A stretch of DNA of 64,000 nucleotides from Fidelibacterota bacterium UBA6531 (GTDB lineage Bacteria; Fidelibacterota; Marinisomatia; Marinisomatales; TCS55). Where the stretch lies: positions 14,088-78,087 of the forward strand of contig DJKX01000049.1 of NCBI GenBank assembly GCA_002436185.1. Direction: 5' to 3'. The notes under the pieces are model-generated. The model saw nothing but the letters and a program-made list of their open reading frames with translations. It was not told the DNA's origin and ran no database searches. The first letter of the stretch is position 1. Each line of letters opens with the position of its first letter. Below are positions 33,930-44,364 of the stretch, piece after piece. The translations under genes were made by a program, and so were the position numbers.

Positions 33930-34924
33930 AAATAACTCTGTTAATAATGATTAGTACTTTTTTGTTTAGTCAAAATAGTCGTTGGGCTGCTGAAATATTC
34001 ATATATCAAGAAGAAGAAGGGACAACTGAACAATTGTCTTTTCAGGCTACATTGGCTTCGAACGTGCTGTGGGATGAACATTTTAATCTTGCAACCGATT
34101 TAGAAGGTAATCTAGTAACAACGTCAGGTGATGGGGATGATGTTGGATGGGATTTTGTCGGAATAGCGCCATATACCGGATATGGTAAATTGGGATATGG
34201 ATATTATAAAATTGAATGTACGAGTGATAATAAACACTTTTTCCTTAACATAAAATCTGACAATTTTATCCCAATGACTAACTTCGACACTTATTTTAAC
34301 TATAGTCCAACTTACAATGAGTTTTCATGGGGTACGGGTACAGCCTCTCCAGGCCAGAGTATAGGCAATGGCGCTGTGTTAACAATTTGGGAATTAAAAC
34401 CACAACTTTCTCAACAAACAACATCAAAATTTCAGCCTACAAGGCCGACTAATCTTAATATTCAAGTTCAAAATACACATCCGCATCTTACTTGGAATTC
34501 AAGTGAGCCAGCTACATCTGAATATCAGGTGTTTAGAAAATCCAGCCAAACTAGTTGGTTTGCAATTGCAAATAACATTTCACAGAATAGTTATACAGAT
34601 AACGAGGTTACATATCAACTCGGTGGTACTATTTATAAATATAAGATTAGAGCAGTTTCTGGGAACGGTAATAAATTTTCTATGTATTCGCCAATTAAAA
34701 GATTTCCGGGATCTGATGGAATAGGCAAAATATTATTTATAGATGTTCCAAGCGAATATTTCTTATATAATGCCTATCCCAATCCATTCAATCCAACCAC
34801 TACTATTCGATTTTCGGTAGAGACGCAATTAATTGCATCTCTGCGTATTTATGATATAGGCGGTCGTTTGGTGGAAACATTGGTCGATGGTGAATTACCA
34901 ACTGGTGAACATGAAATTGTGTAG
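33914..34924 (+). CDS. Secreted FN3-domain protein with T9SS-type C-terminal sorting domain, truncated by an in-frame TAG
   Basis: 336 aa with signal peptide LLIMISTFLFSQ and an FN3-like segment (PTNLNIQVQNTHPHLTWNSSEPATSEYQVFRK...YKIRAVSGNG). The Por-secretion-tail motif begins YNAYPNPFNPTTTIRFSV...LRIYDIGGRLVETLVDGELPTGEHEIV and is cut by TAG at 34922-34924. Confidence 0.75.
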   Translation: MDNRVKITLLIMISTFLFSQNSRWAAEIFIYQEEEGTTEQLSFQATLASNVLWDEHFNLATDLEGNLVTTSGDGDDVGWDFVGIAPYTGYGKLGYGYYKIECTSDNKHFFLNIKSDNFIPMTNFDTYFNYSPTYNEFSWGTGTASPGQSIGNGAVLTIWELKPQLSQQTTSKFQPTRPTNLNIQVQNTHPHLTWNSSEPATSEYQVFRKSSQTSWFAIANNISQNSYTDNEVTYQLGGTIYKYKIRAVSGNGNKFSMYSPIKRFPGSDGIGKILFIDVPSEYFLYNAYPNPFNPTTTIRFSVETQLIASLRIYDIGGRLVETLVDGELPTGEHEIV

Positions 34925-35014
34925 AATGCCAGCAGACATCCAAGTGGTGTTTATTTTATCCGGCTGCAGAGCGGAGAGTTTGTGGAAACGCAGAAAGCTG
35001 TGTTGATGAAATAG
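34925..35014 (+). pseudogene. In-frame continuation of the T9SS sorting domain downstream of the TAG
   Basis: The same frame reads NASRHPSGVYFIRLQSGEFVETQKAVLMK then TAG (35012-35014). This is the canonical last two strands of a T9SS C-terminal domain (..W-[ND]-....PSGVYF.RL......T.K..L.K). Confidence 0.7.
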
Positions 35015-35015
35015 T

Positions 35016-35492
35016 CTATTTCCGATCAGCTCCTGTCATAGCTAAAACAATATTCGTACTGCCAATAAAGGCTTTATGCTGGGCCAGTGTCGCTTTTATA
35101 TAATAATATAGTGTAAGCCAGTAAAGAATGTGAAACCACCATTCACTTACTTTGTTCAGAAAATATGCACCGTCTAAAATAACTGTAGCCATAAACAGCA
35201 AGGTTACCATCATCGTCGGCGGATAGAGTTTTCGTTTGATTCCTAAAACACCCTTATAAAATTTATCCCCAATCTCGGGATGGGCTTGGGTGTATTCTTT
35301 AATATTGACACCTGTTCCCACGAAGAAGAACATGACGAGAGTTTGAGTTGCGATGAAGATAATGCTGACCAAAAGATCCAAAGTGATGTGGGTTGTGGGC
35401 CAGATATTTATATAGTGATTCAGTCCAACCAACGCCAACCCGATCCCCGCCAGAGCGACCATTATATAAGATAGAATCATGAAAAACCACAT
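35016..35492 (-). CDS. Hypothetical four-TM membrane protein
   Basis: Hydrophobic segments throughout. I prefer the internal ATG at 35492 (MWFFMILSY...), which avoids overlap with the ychF 3' end; the ORF track starts at 35528. No family recognised. Confidence 0.5.
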   Translation of the reverse strand: MWFFMILSYIMVALAGIGLALVGLNHYINIWPTTHITLDLLVSIIFIATQTLVMFFFVGTGVNIKEYTQAHPEIGDKFYKGVLGIKRKLYPPTMMVTLLFMATVILDGAYFLNKVSEWWFHILYWLTLYYYIKATLAQHKAFIGSTNIVLAMTGADRK

Positions 35493-35500
35493 ATTAGAAA

Positions 35501-36601
35501 CTACACATTGAAATGGAAATATATACAATCACCATCAGCCACTAGATACTCTTTACCTTGTAGTTTTGCCAGCCCCGCGTCTTTCACTGCTTTTTCTGAC
35601 CCCAGCCGTATCAAGTCATTATATTTGATTACTTCAGCTTTGATAAAGCCTCGTTGGAAATCAGTATGAATCTCCCCGGCTGCTTCCGGCGCAGTGGCAC
35701 CTTGTTTGATCGTCCATGCTCGGACTTCTACATCTCCCCCGGTAAAAAATGTTTCCAGTTCCAGCAGCCGAAATCCGGTGTGAATGAGTTTATTTAACCC
35801 TGGTTCCGGAAGATTGAATTCTTCCAGAAACATCATTTTTTCATCATCAGGTAATACTGCAATTTCTTGTTCCAGTTTTCCACAGAGGCGTATAGCCATG
35901 TTCCCTTCTTTTTCAGCGAATTCTACAAGTTGCTGTTCCAATTTTCCTCGTTTATCATGTGTAATTTCAGTTTCATCAACATTTGCTACATATAAAATAG
36001 GTTTGCGTGTAAGTAAATGTAATGATCGAACGATGGCTATTTCTTCTTCATCAGCTTTGAATGTTCGAGCTCGATGACCGACATTACAATGTTCCAAAAG
36101 ACGCTTGATAACATCAAATTCCTTGTGTCCTTTTTTAACACCCGATTTCAATCCTTTTTCAGCTTTTGAATAACGTCTTTCCAGTGTTTCCAAATCAGCC
36201 AAAAGAAGCTCCGTTTCAATAAGTTCGGCATCACGAACTGGATCCACCCCTCCTTCAACGTGCGTTACATTGTTATCATCAAAACAACGCACTACATGAA
36301 TGATAGCTGCAACCTGTCGAATCTGTCCCAGAAATTGATTTCCCAAACCTTCGCCCCTACTGGCACCTCGAACCAACCCAGCAATGTCAGTAAATTCTAC
36401 AGCAGCCGGAGTCACTTTTCCAGGCTTAAATATTTCAGCTAATTTATCCAGCCGAGGATCGGGAAGCTCCACGATACCCACATGGGGATCAATCGTACAA
36501 AAGGGATAATTTTCCGCAGGAACGGACAAAGCTGTCAAAGCGTTAAAAATGGTAGACTTGCCTACATTGGGCAGGCCCACAATACCGCAGCGTAAGGCCA
36601 T
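35501..36601 (-). CDS. ychF: Ribosome-binding ATPase YchF
   Basis: 366 aa. MALRCGIVGLPNVGKSTIFNALT, DIAGLVRGAS, and a C-terminal TGS-like domain (RAWTIKQGATAPEAAGEIHTDFQRGFIKAEV). Confidence 0.95.
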   Translation of the reverse strand: MALRCGIVGLPNVGKSTIFNALTALSVPAENYPFCTIDPHVGIVELPDPRLDKLAEIFKPGKVTPAAVEFTDIAGLVRGASRGEGLGNQFLGQIRQVAAIIHVVRCFDDNNVTHVEGGVDPVRDAELIETELLLADLETLERRYSKAEKGLKSGVKKGHKEFDVIKRLLEHCNVGHRARTFKADEEEIAIVRSLHLLTRKPILYVANVDETEITHDKRGKLEQQLVEFAEKEGNMAIRLCGKLEQEIAVLPDDEKMMFLEEFNLPEPGLNKLIHTGFRLLELETFFTGGDVEVRAWTIKQGATAPEAAGEIHTDFQRGFIKAEVIKYNDLIRLGSEKAVKDAGLAKLQGKEYLVADGDCIYFHFNV

Positions 36602-36620
36602 ATTATTTGTATACAGTTAT

Positions 36621-37166
36621 TTAAAAAGGATCGAGAGCGGGATCCATACCGGTATCCCATACAAGTTTTTCAAATAAACCAACCTGAAGATCTTTGGCAA
36701 AATAAATGGTTTTATCTTTTACCTGTAATACCGCATCTCCCCAAGCCATAAACATTGGACGAGTGATGAATTTTCGAATATCAACCTGGTAGGTTATTCT
36801 ATCATGGTAAGGCCTAACCTGCCCTTTAAACTTTACTTCTTTTACACCTAAAGCTCGACCGCGCCCCTTTCCACCAGCCCAAGAAAGGAAAAACCCAACC
36901 AACTGCCAAAAACCGTCTAATCCCAAACAGCCGGGCATAACCGGATCGTTTACAAAATGACAATCAAAAAACCAATGCCCCGGATCTATATCCAATTCTG
37001 CCTTAATAAATCCACTGCTATATTTGCCGCCGGAATCTGAAATTTCCAGAATGCGATCCATCATCAGCATAGGCGGTGTAGGTAATTTCCCATTGGCTTT
37101 ACCGAACATTTTACCAGAACCAATATCAAGTAAATCCTGTTTTGTAAATGAAGACTTTTTATCCAT
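36621..37166 (-). CDS. fabA: 3-hydroxydecanoyl-ACP dehydratase / trans-2-decenoyl-ACP isomerase
   Basis: MDKKSSFTKQDLLDIGSGKMFG...LPTPPMLMMDRI...FFDCHFVNDPVMPGCLGLDGFWQLVGFFLSW..GKGRALGVKEVKFKGQV aligns along its length with E. coli FabA. The ATG at 37166 matches the FabA N-terminus; the ORF track extends to 37217. Confidence 0.9.
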   Translation of the reverse strand: MDKKSSFTKQDLLDIGSGKMFGKANGKLPTPPMLMMDRILEISDSGGKYSSGFIKAELDIDPGHWFFDCHFVNDPVMPGCLGLDGFWQLVGFFLSWAGGKGRGRALGVKEVKFKGQVRPYHDRITYQVDIRKFITRPMFMAWGDAVLQVKDKTIYFAKDLQVGLFEKLVWDTGMDPALDPF

Positions 37167-37291
37167 TATTTTATCCTTTATAAGCAAAGAAGTTAAACAT
37201 AATGCCTGTTTGCCCATTAATTCTTTTGTGTTCTTGGTTTGGCTTTGCTCGAGTCTTTCCTAAATTCCCACTTTAATTCTCGGAGAAAATT

Positions 37292-38074
37292 ATGTCTGAA
37301 TGGGTATTATTACTTGGTGGTTCAACTGGCCATGGCGCCGCAACAGCTAAACGATTAGCCAAAGATGGCTATGGTGTAATCGCATTTCACTTTGACCGCG
37401 GTGAAGCGAAAAAAATTGCAGGTGAAACTATTGAGGAAGTAAACAAAATAACAAACGGCAATTGTCACTATTTTAACACCAATGCAGCTGCACTGGAAAC
37501 CATGGATAAGTATATACCGCAGATTGCAGACATAACCAAAGGACAACCTTTGAAGTTGATGCTGCACTCCATTGCCTTTGGAACAACCACAAATTTTTTC
37601 GGGGAAAAACCTGTCAATCAAAAACAAATGGATATGACTGTACATGTTATGGGGAATTCGCTATTGTATTGGACCCAAAAATTATATGAAGCGAAACTTC
37701 TGTCCAAAGGATCACGCATTCTGGGACTCACCAGCGAAGGAAATTATGTAGCCATGGAAGGATATGGTCCGGTGAGTGTAGCCAAGGTTGCCATGGAAGC
37801 CATTATTCGCCAGATTGGTTGGGAACTTGGACAGTTTGGAATTACAGCGAATTCAGTTCAAGCAGGAGTTACACCAACTCGGGCATTAACAAAAATTACT
37901 GATAATTGGGAAGCGTGGGTGGAAAATACCAAAAAGCGTAATCCCATGCGTCGTACAACCACACCAGAAGATGTAGCCAATACAATTTCTTTATTACTCC
38001 GCCCTGGAGCAGACTTTATAAATTGTTCTATTATATATTGTGATGGCGGCGAAAGCCGATCGGGGTCTTTTTAA
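37292..38074 (+). CDS. SDR-fold enoyl-ACP reductase-like protein (FabI/FabL-type Tyr-x6-Lys)
   Basis: 260 aa with Rossmann motif LLLGGSTGHGAATAKRL. The active-site spacing YGPVSVAK is Tyr-x6-Lys, as in FabI/FabL, rather than the classical SDR Tyr-x3-Lys. Divergently adjacent to fabA. Confidence 0.55.
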   Translation: MSEWVLLLGGSTGHGAATAKRLAKDGYGVIAFHFDRGEAKKIAGETIEEVNKITNGNCHYFNTNAAALETMDKYIPQIADITKGQPLKLMLHSIAFGTTTNFFGEKPVNQKQMDMTVHVMGNSLLYWTQKLYEAKLLSKGSRILGLTSEGNYVAMEGYGPVSVAKVAMEAIIRQIGWELGQFGITANSVQAGVTPTRALTKITDNWEAWVENTKKRNPMRRTTTPEDVANTISLLLRPGADFINCSIIYCDGGESRSGSF

Positions 38075-38109
38075 AACCGAAATAGATTAGATAATAATCA
38101 GGATCCTTT

Positions 38110-38472
38110 TTACTGCAAGTCAACACGCTTTCTTAACAGTGTAACTATATCGTAATGTTCTCGGGTGGGTAATAGTTCAAAGCTTGTTTCGGCTTCTTTG
38201 AGAGCATAATCCCACCAATCTTTTTTTGTATACATAAGCGCTAACCGGTAATGTGCATCGGCCAGCAATTCATAATCACCCCTGCTTAACGCTTTAACGT
38301 CTGTAGGCAGAAGCCGTGTCACTTCACGATATTCCAAAATTGCTTCATCAATAAGTCCTTTTTGAGAATACCATTGCGCCAGTTGTAAATGGCGTTGAGG
38401 ATCATCTTTACAGCCGGTTAATGCCAATACAGCAAGAAGAGGTAATAATATGTTTTTCAGGTGTTTAATCAT
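38110..38472 (-). CDS. Small TPR-like lipoprotein
   Basis: 120 aa with lipobox LALTGC and TPR-like helices (LAQWYSQKGLIDEAILEYREV..., ADAHYRLALMYTKKDWWDYALKE). Confidence 0.6.
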   Translation of the reverse strand: MIKHLKNILLPLLAVLALTGCKDDPQRHLQLAQWYSQKGLIDEAILEYREVTRLLPTDVKALSRGDYELLADAHYRLALMYTKKDWWDYALKEAETSFELLPTREHYDIVTLLRKRVDLQ

Positions 38473-38586
38473 CCTCGGAATCCGTATAGAATTTCATTGC
38501 ATACCGTCAGTAAAACAAGAGAAAAGTTTGTTATTTACTCACAAATAACTTACTAATCGCTAGTTTTCAATACACCACCCCACCAA

Positions 38587-39843
38587 TTAACCAGATGTTT
38601 TGTGGGGATGAAGGTGAGGTTCTTTAACCCGGAATATTAATTGTAGCAGACCAATAATAATTAGCCCCCCCAACACCATGAATAAATTGCGAGTTCCAAT
38701 GATTGGATTCAAAACACTTGCTCCTACAATCATTAATAAAACAAAAGGAGCCAAAAATGTATCAATAAGCGCCATATATGTTTTACTATCCCGCGATTCT
38801 GCAAATTCGTAAACCATATTCATGGCGGAGGGCATGAACCCTCCCTGCCCCAATCCCAATGAAAGGAAAATGGCATATACATGAAACATTGATGTGGCAA
38901 AAATAGTAAAAGCAATCGCCAGCAGATAACCACAAAAAGAAAATGTAATAGCCAATTTATGTCCCCAGCGATCACCAATTTTGCCGGAGATTACACTACC
39001 AACGCCGAATGTAATAACTTGTAATACAACAAAAACGCCTGCTTCACTGATATTAAAACCAAACAACTCTTGAGCATAAACCGCGTATAGACTCATGGCA
39101 GGAAAGTGAGCAGTAATAAAAATTCTGCTGTATAAATAGCGTTTAAAATTTTCATGTGTACGTATAATCCCTTTTGTGTCTTGCCAAAATTCAGTTAGTG
39201 ATTTATGGGACGTTTTGTCTGATTTCTTATCCACATTATAGAACACATAGGCAAAAATCCCCAACCCTAAAGAAATTCCCATAATAATAAATCCCCAACC
39301 AAAATTTTTTGGAAAAGGGACTGAACTGTTTAGCAAAATTTTAACAATAATACCGCCGACAAAACCGCCGATGCTATTAAATGCAAATGAAATACCTAAA
39401 TAATGACCCCGAGATTTACGAGGAAAAACATGGGAGAGAAAATCTGCCCAAATGGGAATAATGAATCCCAAAGCTAAACAATAAATTATAAAACAGGCAT
39501 AATAATACATCCAGGCATTGGGTCCGGTTGGCGCTAGGAAAGCAAACAGAAAACCTGCAAAAAATATAGGAGGTAACACAACACTATGACTCCAAAAAAC
39601 AGCCTTTTTAATATTGCGAATATTGCGTCCCAAAACTGCAGAAAATAACATGGGAAATGCTATCAGTATGCTAAATAAACCGGCAACGGAAATTATTACA
39701 GCATCGGGAGCACCAAGTTTTTTTAAAAATAAAGGTATAATGGCATAGGTAGTATGAAAGGCAATCCCAAACCCCCAGCTAAACTCATGAATACAATTTA
39801 AAAATAAATTACGAGAAAGATTATTTTGCGTCAGTTCAACCAT
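38587..39843 (-). CDS. MFS transporter
   Basis: 418 aa with ~12 hydrophobic segments in two six-helix halves separated by a charged loop (KKSDKTSHKSLTEFWQDTKG). Contains GKIGDRWGHK, an MFS motif-A-like sequence. Confidence 0.75.
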   Translation of the reverse strand: MVELTQNNLSRNLFLNCIHEFSWGFGIAFHTTYAIIPLFLKKLGAPDAVIISVAGLFSILIAFPMLFSAVLGRNIRNIKKAVFWSHSVVLPPIFFAGFLFAFLAPTGPNAWMYYYACFIIYCLALGFIIPIWADFLSHVFPRKSRGHYLGISFAFNSIGGFVGGIIVKILLNSSVPFPKNFGWGFIIMGISLGLGIFAYVFYNVDKKSDKTSHKSLTEFWQDTKGIIRTHENFKRYLYSRIFITAHFPAMSLYAVYAQELFGFNISEAGVFVVLQVITFGVGSVISGKIGDRWGHKLAITFSFCGYLLAIAFTIFATSMFHVYAIFLSLGLGQGGFMPSAMNMVYEFAESRDSKTYMALIDTFLAPFVLLMIVGASVLNPIIGTRNLFMVLGGLIIIGLLQLIFRVKEPHLHPHKTSG

Positions 39844-40738
39844 GACTATTTTGCCGCTCCTGCGTCAATAATACAATTGCGATCAGCAGGATAATCGCGC
39901 CGGCTGCCTGGGTCGGCGACATGGTTCTGCCTCGAATAAACCAATCAAAGCAAATAGCTGAAAATGGCCAGAATAATTCATAAATAGTTGTGTGCGATGC
40001 GGGTAAATGGTTCAATCCGTAATAATATATGAAAAGAGCAACGGCACCGGTGGAAATTACAATTGTTGATAAAACTATCCATTGAGAGGAATTTAATGAC
40101 ACAATTTCAGATAAATTCCCCATGCCAATCAGTACAATTCCGGCTAATAAAGCTGTTATAGTAAGTCTCAAAGATGTTACTAACTGAAAGGGTAATTTGT
40201 TCAACGCATGTTTTCCCAAGACAGTTGAACTTCCCCAACTGAAAGCAGCCAACAGGGCAAGTAAAGACGCAATTATGGTTTTATCATCCCAGTCAACCAT
40301 GGGTTTGTTTCCAAATGTGACTAAGTAGCCACCAATCAACGCAGTAACGGCAAGTAATAAAAAGCGATTAGACAGTTTTTCCTTTAATATTACTGCTGCG
40401 AGTATAATAGCAAAAATGGGCTGAAATTTTTGGAGCAATACAACAACAGAAAGATCAATATAGTTAATGTAACTCAATGCCTTTGTGTAAAAAAATGTAC
40501 CTAAAATTCCGCCGCAGATACTGATCCACATTATTGATCCCCAACCTCGCTGGTCTAATTTTTTTATGTTGTTCCAACCTTTGATGAGAAAAGGTAAAAA
40601 CAGGATAGTTCCTAAAGCATGTTCCAGAGTAATAATTAAAAATGAAGAAACATTGAATAATTGCTGGCGTAATAAACCGTCAAGGCTCCATAAAAAAGCG
40701 GCTGCTATGACAGCAATGGGTGGAAGGTATTTTTTCAC
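39836..40738 (-). CDS. EamA/DMT family transporter
   Basis: 300 aa with ten hydrophobic segments in two EamA-like halves. Overlaps the downstream MFS gene by 8 nt. Confidence 0.75.
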   Translation of the reverse strand: MKKYLPPIAVIAAAFLWSLDGLLRQQLFNVSSFLIITLEHALGTILFLPFLIKGWNNIKKLDQRGWGSIMWISICGGILGTFFYTKALSYINYIDLSVVVLLQKFQPIFAIILAAVILKEKLSNRFLLLAVTALIGGYLVTFGNKPMVDWDDKTIIASLLALLAAFSWGSSTVLGKHALNKLPFQLVTSLRLTITALLAGIVLIGMGNLSEIVSLNSSQWIVLSTIVISTGAVALFIYYYGLNHLPASHTTIYELFWPFSAICFDWFIRGRTMSPTQAAGAIILLIAIVLLTQERQNSHG

Positions 40739-40785
40739 GGACGGGAAATTACAGAAAGGGTATATCTAAAAATAATAAATAAGTA

Positions 40786-41343
40786 TTAAGCAGAACCGCC
40801 CAGTCCGGATAATTCAGACATATCTATACCAAAAGATTTGGTTGCCATATCCCACATAAATTTTTCTTCTGTATTGAAAATAAATTCAAGGTTTGTATGC
40901 TGCAAAAGCCAGTCACCATTTTCAATTTCTGCTTCTAATTGATACTGCGCCCAGCCGGCGTGTCCCAGCAAAAGTTTAGAATGTTTAGGTCCCTTCTTTT
41001 CAGCTATTTCCTGAATAATGGCTTTGTTACTGGTTAAAGAAAAATTATCTCCGATTACTATAGTCCCCTCTGTCTTATAATCTGCTGAATGTAATACAAT
41101 CCCCCGCTCCACGAGAACCGGACCACCAAAATAAACATCCGGGACTAATTTCAAAATATCGTCATCTTCAGGAAAAAATTCAGAAAATAAATCCTGAAGT
41201 TCCGGAGTTTCAAAAGGTTTATTGACAATAAACCCCAAAGCACCATCTTTATTATGTTCACAAATAAACACAACTGCCCGCCCAAAATAAGGATCCTGCA
41301 TATGGGGCATTGAAATAATGATTTGATTTTTTAGTGACGACAT
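40786..41343 (-). CDS. yqgE: YqgE/AlgH family protein (UPF0301)
   Basis: 185 aa. MPHMQDPYFGRAVVFICEHNKDGALGFIVNKP, GGPV and LLLGHAGWAQYQLEAEIENGDWL match the family signature. Confidence 0.85.
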   Translation of the reverse strand: MSSLKNQIIISMPHMQDPYFGRAVVFICEHNKDGALGFIVNKPFETPELQDLFSEFFPEDDDILKLVPDVYFGGPVLVERGIVLHSADYKTEGTIVIGDNFSLTSNKAIIQEIAEKKGPKHSKLLLGHAGWAQYQLEAEIENGDWLLQHTNLEFIFNTEEKFMWDMATKSFGIDMSELSGLGGSA

Positions 41344-41506
41344 AGTTTAAATGTAACGTTTTTGCGATGTTGAAACAAGATAGTTAATGGTTAGGTATAA
41401 TTAGTCGAGAAGTTCAACCGATCAGAGCTCATCACTGATCAGTAAATCAGTAGGATAAATGTAAATGGTTTTATGAAAACGGTTGAATAATACGTAAATT
41501 CTTGGC

Positions 41507-41524
41507 TGTCATTTCGAAATGACA
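41507..41524. promoter_or_regulatory. 18-bp perfect palindrome 12 nt upstream of the uvrA start (candidate operator or 5'-UTR hairpin)
   Basis: TGTCATTTCGAAATGACA at 41507-41524; the uvrA ATG is at 41536. Verified base by base. Confidence 0.45.
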
Positions 41525-41535
41525 AAAACGGTATT

Positions 41536-44364
41536 ATGAAGCAAGATAAAATTATCATAAAGGGTGCCCGTCAACATAATCTCAAGAATATTGACTTGGA
41601 GATTCCACGTAATAAGTTAGTGGTCATTACCGGTCTGTCCGGATCCGGAAAATCCTCCTTGGCGTTTGATACTATTTATGCGGAAGGACAGCGTCGCTAC
41701 GTTGAATCTCTTTCATCATACGCACGGCAATTCTTGGGCCTTATGGAAAAACCAGATATGGATACAATTGAAGGATTATCACCTGCAATCTCTATTGAAC
41801 AAAAAGCTTCAGCGCGTAATCCAAGATCCACAGTAGGCACTGTTACAGAAATCCACGATTATTTACGCCTGCTTTATGCTCATATTGGCAAGCCCCATTG
41901 CTGGATATGCAGCCGCCCTATTCAAAAACAAACAGTTCAGCAGATTGTTGATGCCATTTGCAAATTTAAAATTGGAGCCAAGTTTTTTGTACTGGCTCCG
42001 GTTGTTCGTGGACGCAAAGGTTTGCACAAAGGCGTATTTGAAGAAATTAAAAAAGAAGGATTTCTCCGTGCCCGAGTCGATGGGAAAGTGTATGGTATCG
42101 ATGACAAGATATCTTTGGAAAAAAACAAGAAACATACTATCGAAGTGGTGGTAGATAGACTCATTATTGAAGGAGATTACAGAGAGCGTTTAACCGAATC
42201 CATAGAACTTGCCCTAAAGATTGGTTCTGGGTTAGTCATCATTCATGAATTGCCCAAAACTGATCATTTATTTAGTGAGCATTTTGCTTGCCCACACTGT
42301 GAAGTATCATTGGAGGAATTATCTCCAAGGATGTTTTCCTTTAACTCTCCTTTTGGTGCCTGTCCTCATTGTGACGGTTTGGGTTCCCATATGGAAATTG
42401 ACCCGGAACTTGTTGTTCCGGACAAAACCAAGTCCATTATTCAAGGAGCTGTGGCTCCCTTGGGCGAACAACCCCGGGGAAATTGGTACGGCAGTATTTT
42501 AAAAAGCCTGGCCAACCACTACGATTTCAGGTTTACCACACCATGGATGAAATTAGACAAGAAAGTTCGTGAAATGCTCTTGTACGGCTCCGGATCAAAA
42601 CAAATGAAAATGACCTATTCTTCCAAACGCTGGACAGGAACGTATACTGGCGGTTGGGAAGGAGCAATCCCGAATTTAATGCGCCGTTACAAACAGACAA
42701 AATCAGGTCATATACAAAATTGGATTGAACAATTTATGAGCATGCGCCCTTGTCCGGAATGCAATGGTGCTCGCTTACGTATTGAAAGCCGTTCCGTGTT
42801 TATCAATGAAAAGAGTTTGGGGGACATAGCTTCACTGTCCATTAAAGGCGCTCTGCACTTTTTTGAAAAAATTAAACTCACAAAAACGGAAACACAAATC
42901 GCTGAACAAATACTGAAAGAAGTCAAAAACAGGTTGGGTTTTTTAGTCAATGTAGGATTGAACTACCTTACTCTTGATCGTTCTGCTACGACCCTGTCCG
43001 GCGGGGAAGCACAACGTATCCGATTAGCCACGCAGATAGGCTCTCAGCTTGTAGGAGTTTTATATATTCTAGATGAACCGTCCATAGGCCTCCACCCTAG
43101 AGACAATGCTCGTCTATTAAATACACTGCAAACGTTACGTAATCTTGGAAACACTATCCTTGTTGTTGAGCATGATAGAGAAACAATGGAATCGGCAGAT
43201 CAAGTCGTTGATTTGGGTCCAGGTGCTGGGGAACACGGCGGTGAAGTCATTTATTCCGGTTCACCAAAACAGCTATTGAAATGCAATGATTCCGTAACAG
43301 GATTATATTTATCTGGACGACGCAAAATTTCTATACCAAAAATCCGCCGAAACGGCAATGGAAAAGTTCTAACATTAAAAGGTACTCGTGGAAATAATTT
43401 GAAAAAACTGGATGTATCTTTTCCATTGGGAAAAATGGTGGTTGTTACTGGTGTATCCGGCAGCGGAAAAAGTACACTGGTGAATGAAACGTTGTATCCC
43501 ATTTTACATAAAGAACTGAATAATGCCCGATCATATTCACTGCCCTATGATGAGGTGAGTGGTTTGATATATTTGGATAAAGTTGTGGATATTGATCAAA
43601 AACCCATCGGTCGCACTCCCCGCTCAAATCCGGCAACCTATACAGGTGTATTTACGTTTATCCGTGACCTGTTTGCACAATTGCCGGAATCCAAAATCCG
43701 CGGTTATAAACCGGGGCGATTTTCATTCAACGTTAAAGGCGGTCGATGTGAATCCTGCGAAGGTGATGGTATAATAAAGATTGAAATGAATTTTCTCCCC
43801 GATGTATACGTTACCTGTGAAGTGTGCAAAGGAGCGCGCTATAACAGGGAAACACTAGAGATTATGTATAAAGGAAAAACGATCGCTGATGTTTTAAGCA
43901 TGTCGGTGGAAGAAGCGCTTACTTTTTTTGAAAATATTCCCTCCATAAAGAAAAAATTATCTACTTTGTTTGAGGTAGGACTTGGTTATATACGTTTGGG
44001 ACAGCAAGCGACAACTTTATCCGGAGGTGAAGCCCAACGTGTAAAATTGGCCACAGAACTTTCCCGGGTCAGCAGGGATCGCACCTTATATATATTGGAC
44101 GAACCCACAACTGGCTTGCATTTTGAAGATGTAAAAATGCTTTTGGCCGTGTTGCAGCGATTGATTGAAAAAGGCAATACAGTAATTGTTATTGAACATA
44201 ATATGGACGTCATTAAATCTGCAGATTGGATTATTGATCTAGGGCCGGAAGGCGGCGATGAAGGAGGAGAATTGATTTTTGCCGGAACACCGGAAGATTT
44301 GAGCAAGGAAAAATCCTCTTATACCGGCACATTTTTAAAAACAACTTTGAATGGGAAAGGTTAG
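41536..44364 (+). CDS. uvrA: Excinuclease ABC subunit A
   Basis: 942 aa with two ABC modules ([40 protein letters not shown]), LSGGEAQR twice, and zinc-finger CxxC pairs (CPHCEVS...CPHCDG; CESCEGDG...CEVCKG). Confidence 0.97.
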   Translation: MKQDKIIIKGARQHNLKNIDLEIPRNKLVVITGLSGSGKSSLAFDTIYAEGQRRYVESLSSYARQFLGLMEKPDMDTIEGLSPAISIEQKASARNPRSTVGTVTEIHDYLRLLYAHIGKPHCWICSRPIQKQTVQQIVDAICKFKIGAKFFVLAPVVRGRKGLHKGVFEEIKKEGFLRARVDGKVYGIDDKISLEKNKKHTIEVVVDRLIIEGDYRERLTESIELALKIGSGLVIIHELPKTDHLFSEHFACPHCEVSLEELSPRMFSFNSPFGACPHCDGLGSHMEIDPELVVPDKTKSIIQGAVAPLGEQPRGNWYGSILKSLANHYDFRFTTPWMKLDKKVREMLLYGSGSKQMKMTYSSKRWTGTYTGGWEGAIPNLMRRYKQTKSGHIQNWIEQFMSMRPCPECNGARLRIESRSVFINEKSLGDIASLSIKGALHFFEKIKLTKTETQIAEQILKEVKNRLGFLVNVGLNYLTLDRSATTLSGGEAQRIRLATQIGSQLVGVLYILDEPSIGLHPRDNARLLNTLQTLRNLGNTILVVEHDRETMESADQVVDLGPGAGEHGGEVIYSGSPKQLLKCNDSVTGLYLSGRRKISIPKIRRNGNGKVLTLKGTRGNNLKKLDVSFPLGKMVVVTGVSGSGKSTLVNETLYPILHKELNNARSYSLPYDEVSGLIYLDKVVDIDQKPIGRTPRSNPATYTGVFTFIRDLFAQLPESKIRGYKPGRFSFNVKGGRCESCEGDGIIKIEMNFLPDVYVTCEVCKGARYNRETLEIMYKGKTIADVLSMSVEEALTFFENIPSIKKKLSTLFEVGLGYIRLGQQATTLSGGEAQRVKLATELSRVSRDRTLYILDEPTTGLHFEDVKMLLAVLQRLIEKGNTVIVIEHNMDVIKSADWIIDLGPEGGDEGGELIFAGTPEDLSKEKSSYTGTFLKTTLNGKG

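Noticed and set aside
34922-34924. Genome-wide reassignment of TAG as a sense codon
   Set aside because: Several well-conserved genes in the window (sdhA, uvrA, the transketolase-like gene) terminate at TAG exactly where homologues end. TAG therefore functions as a stop here.
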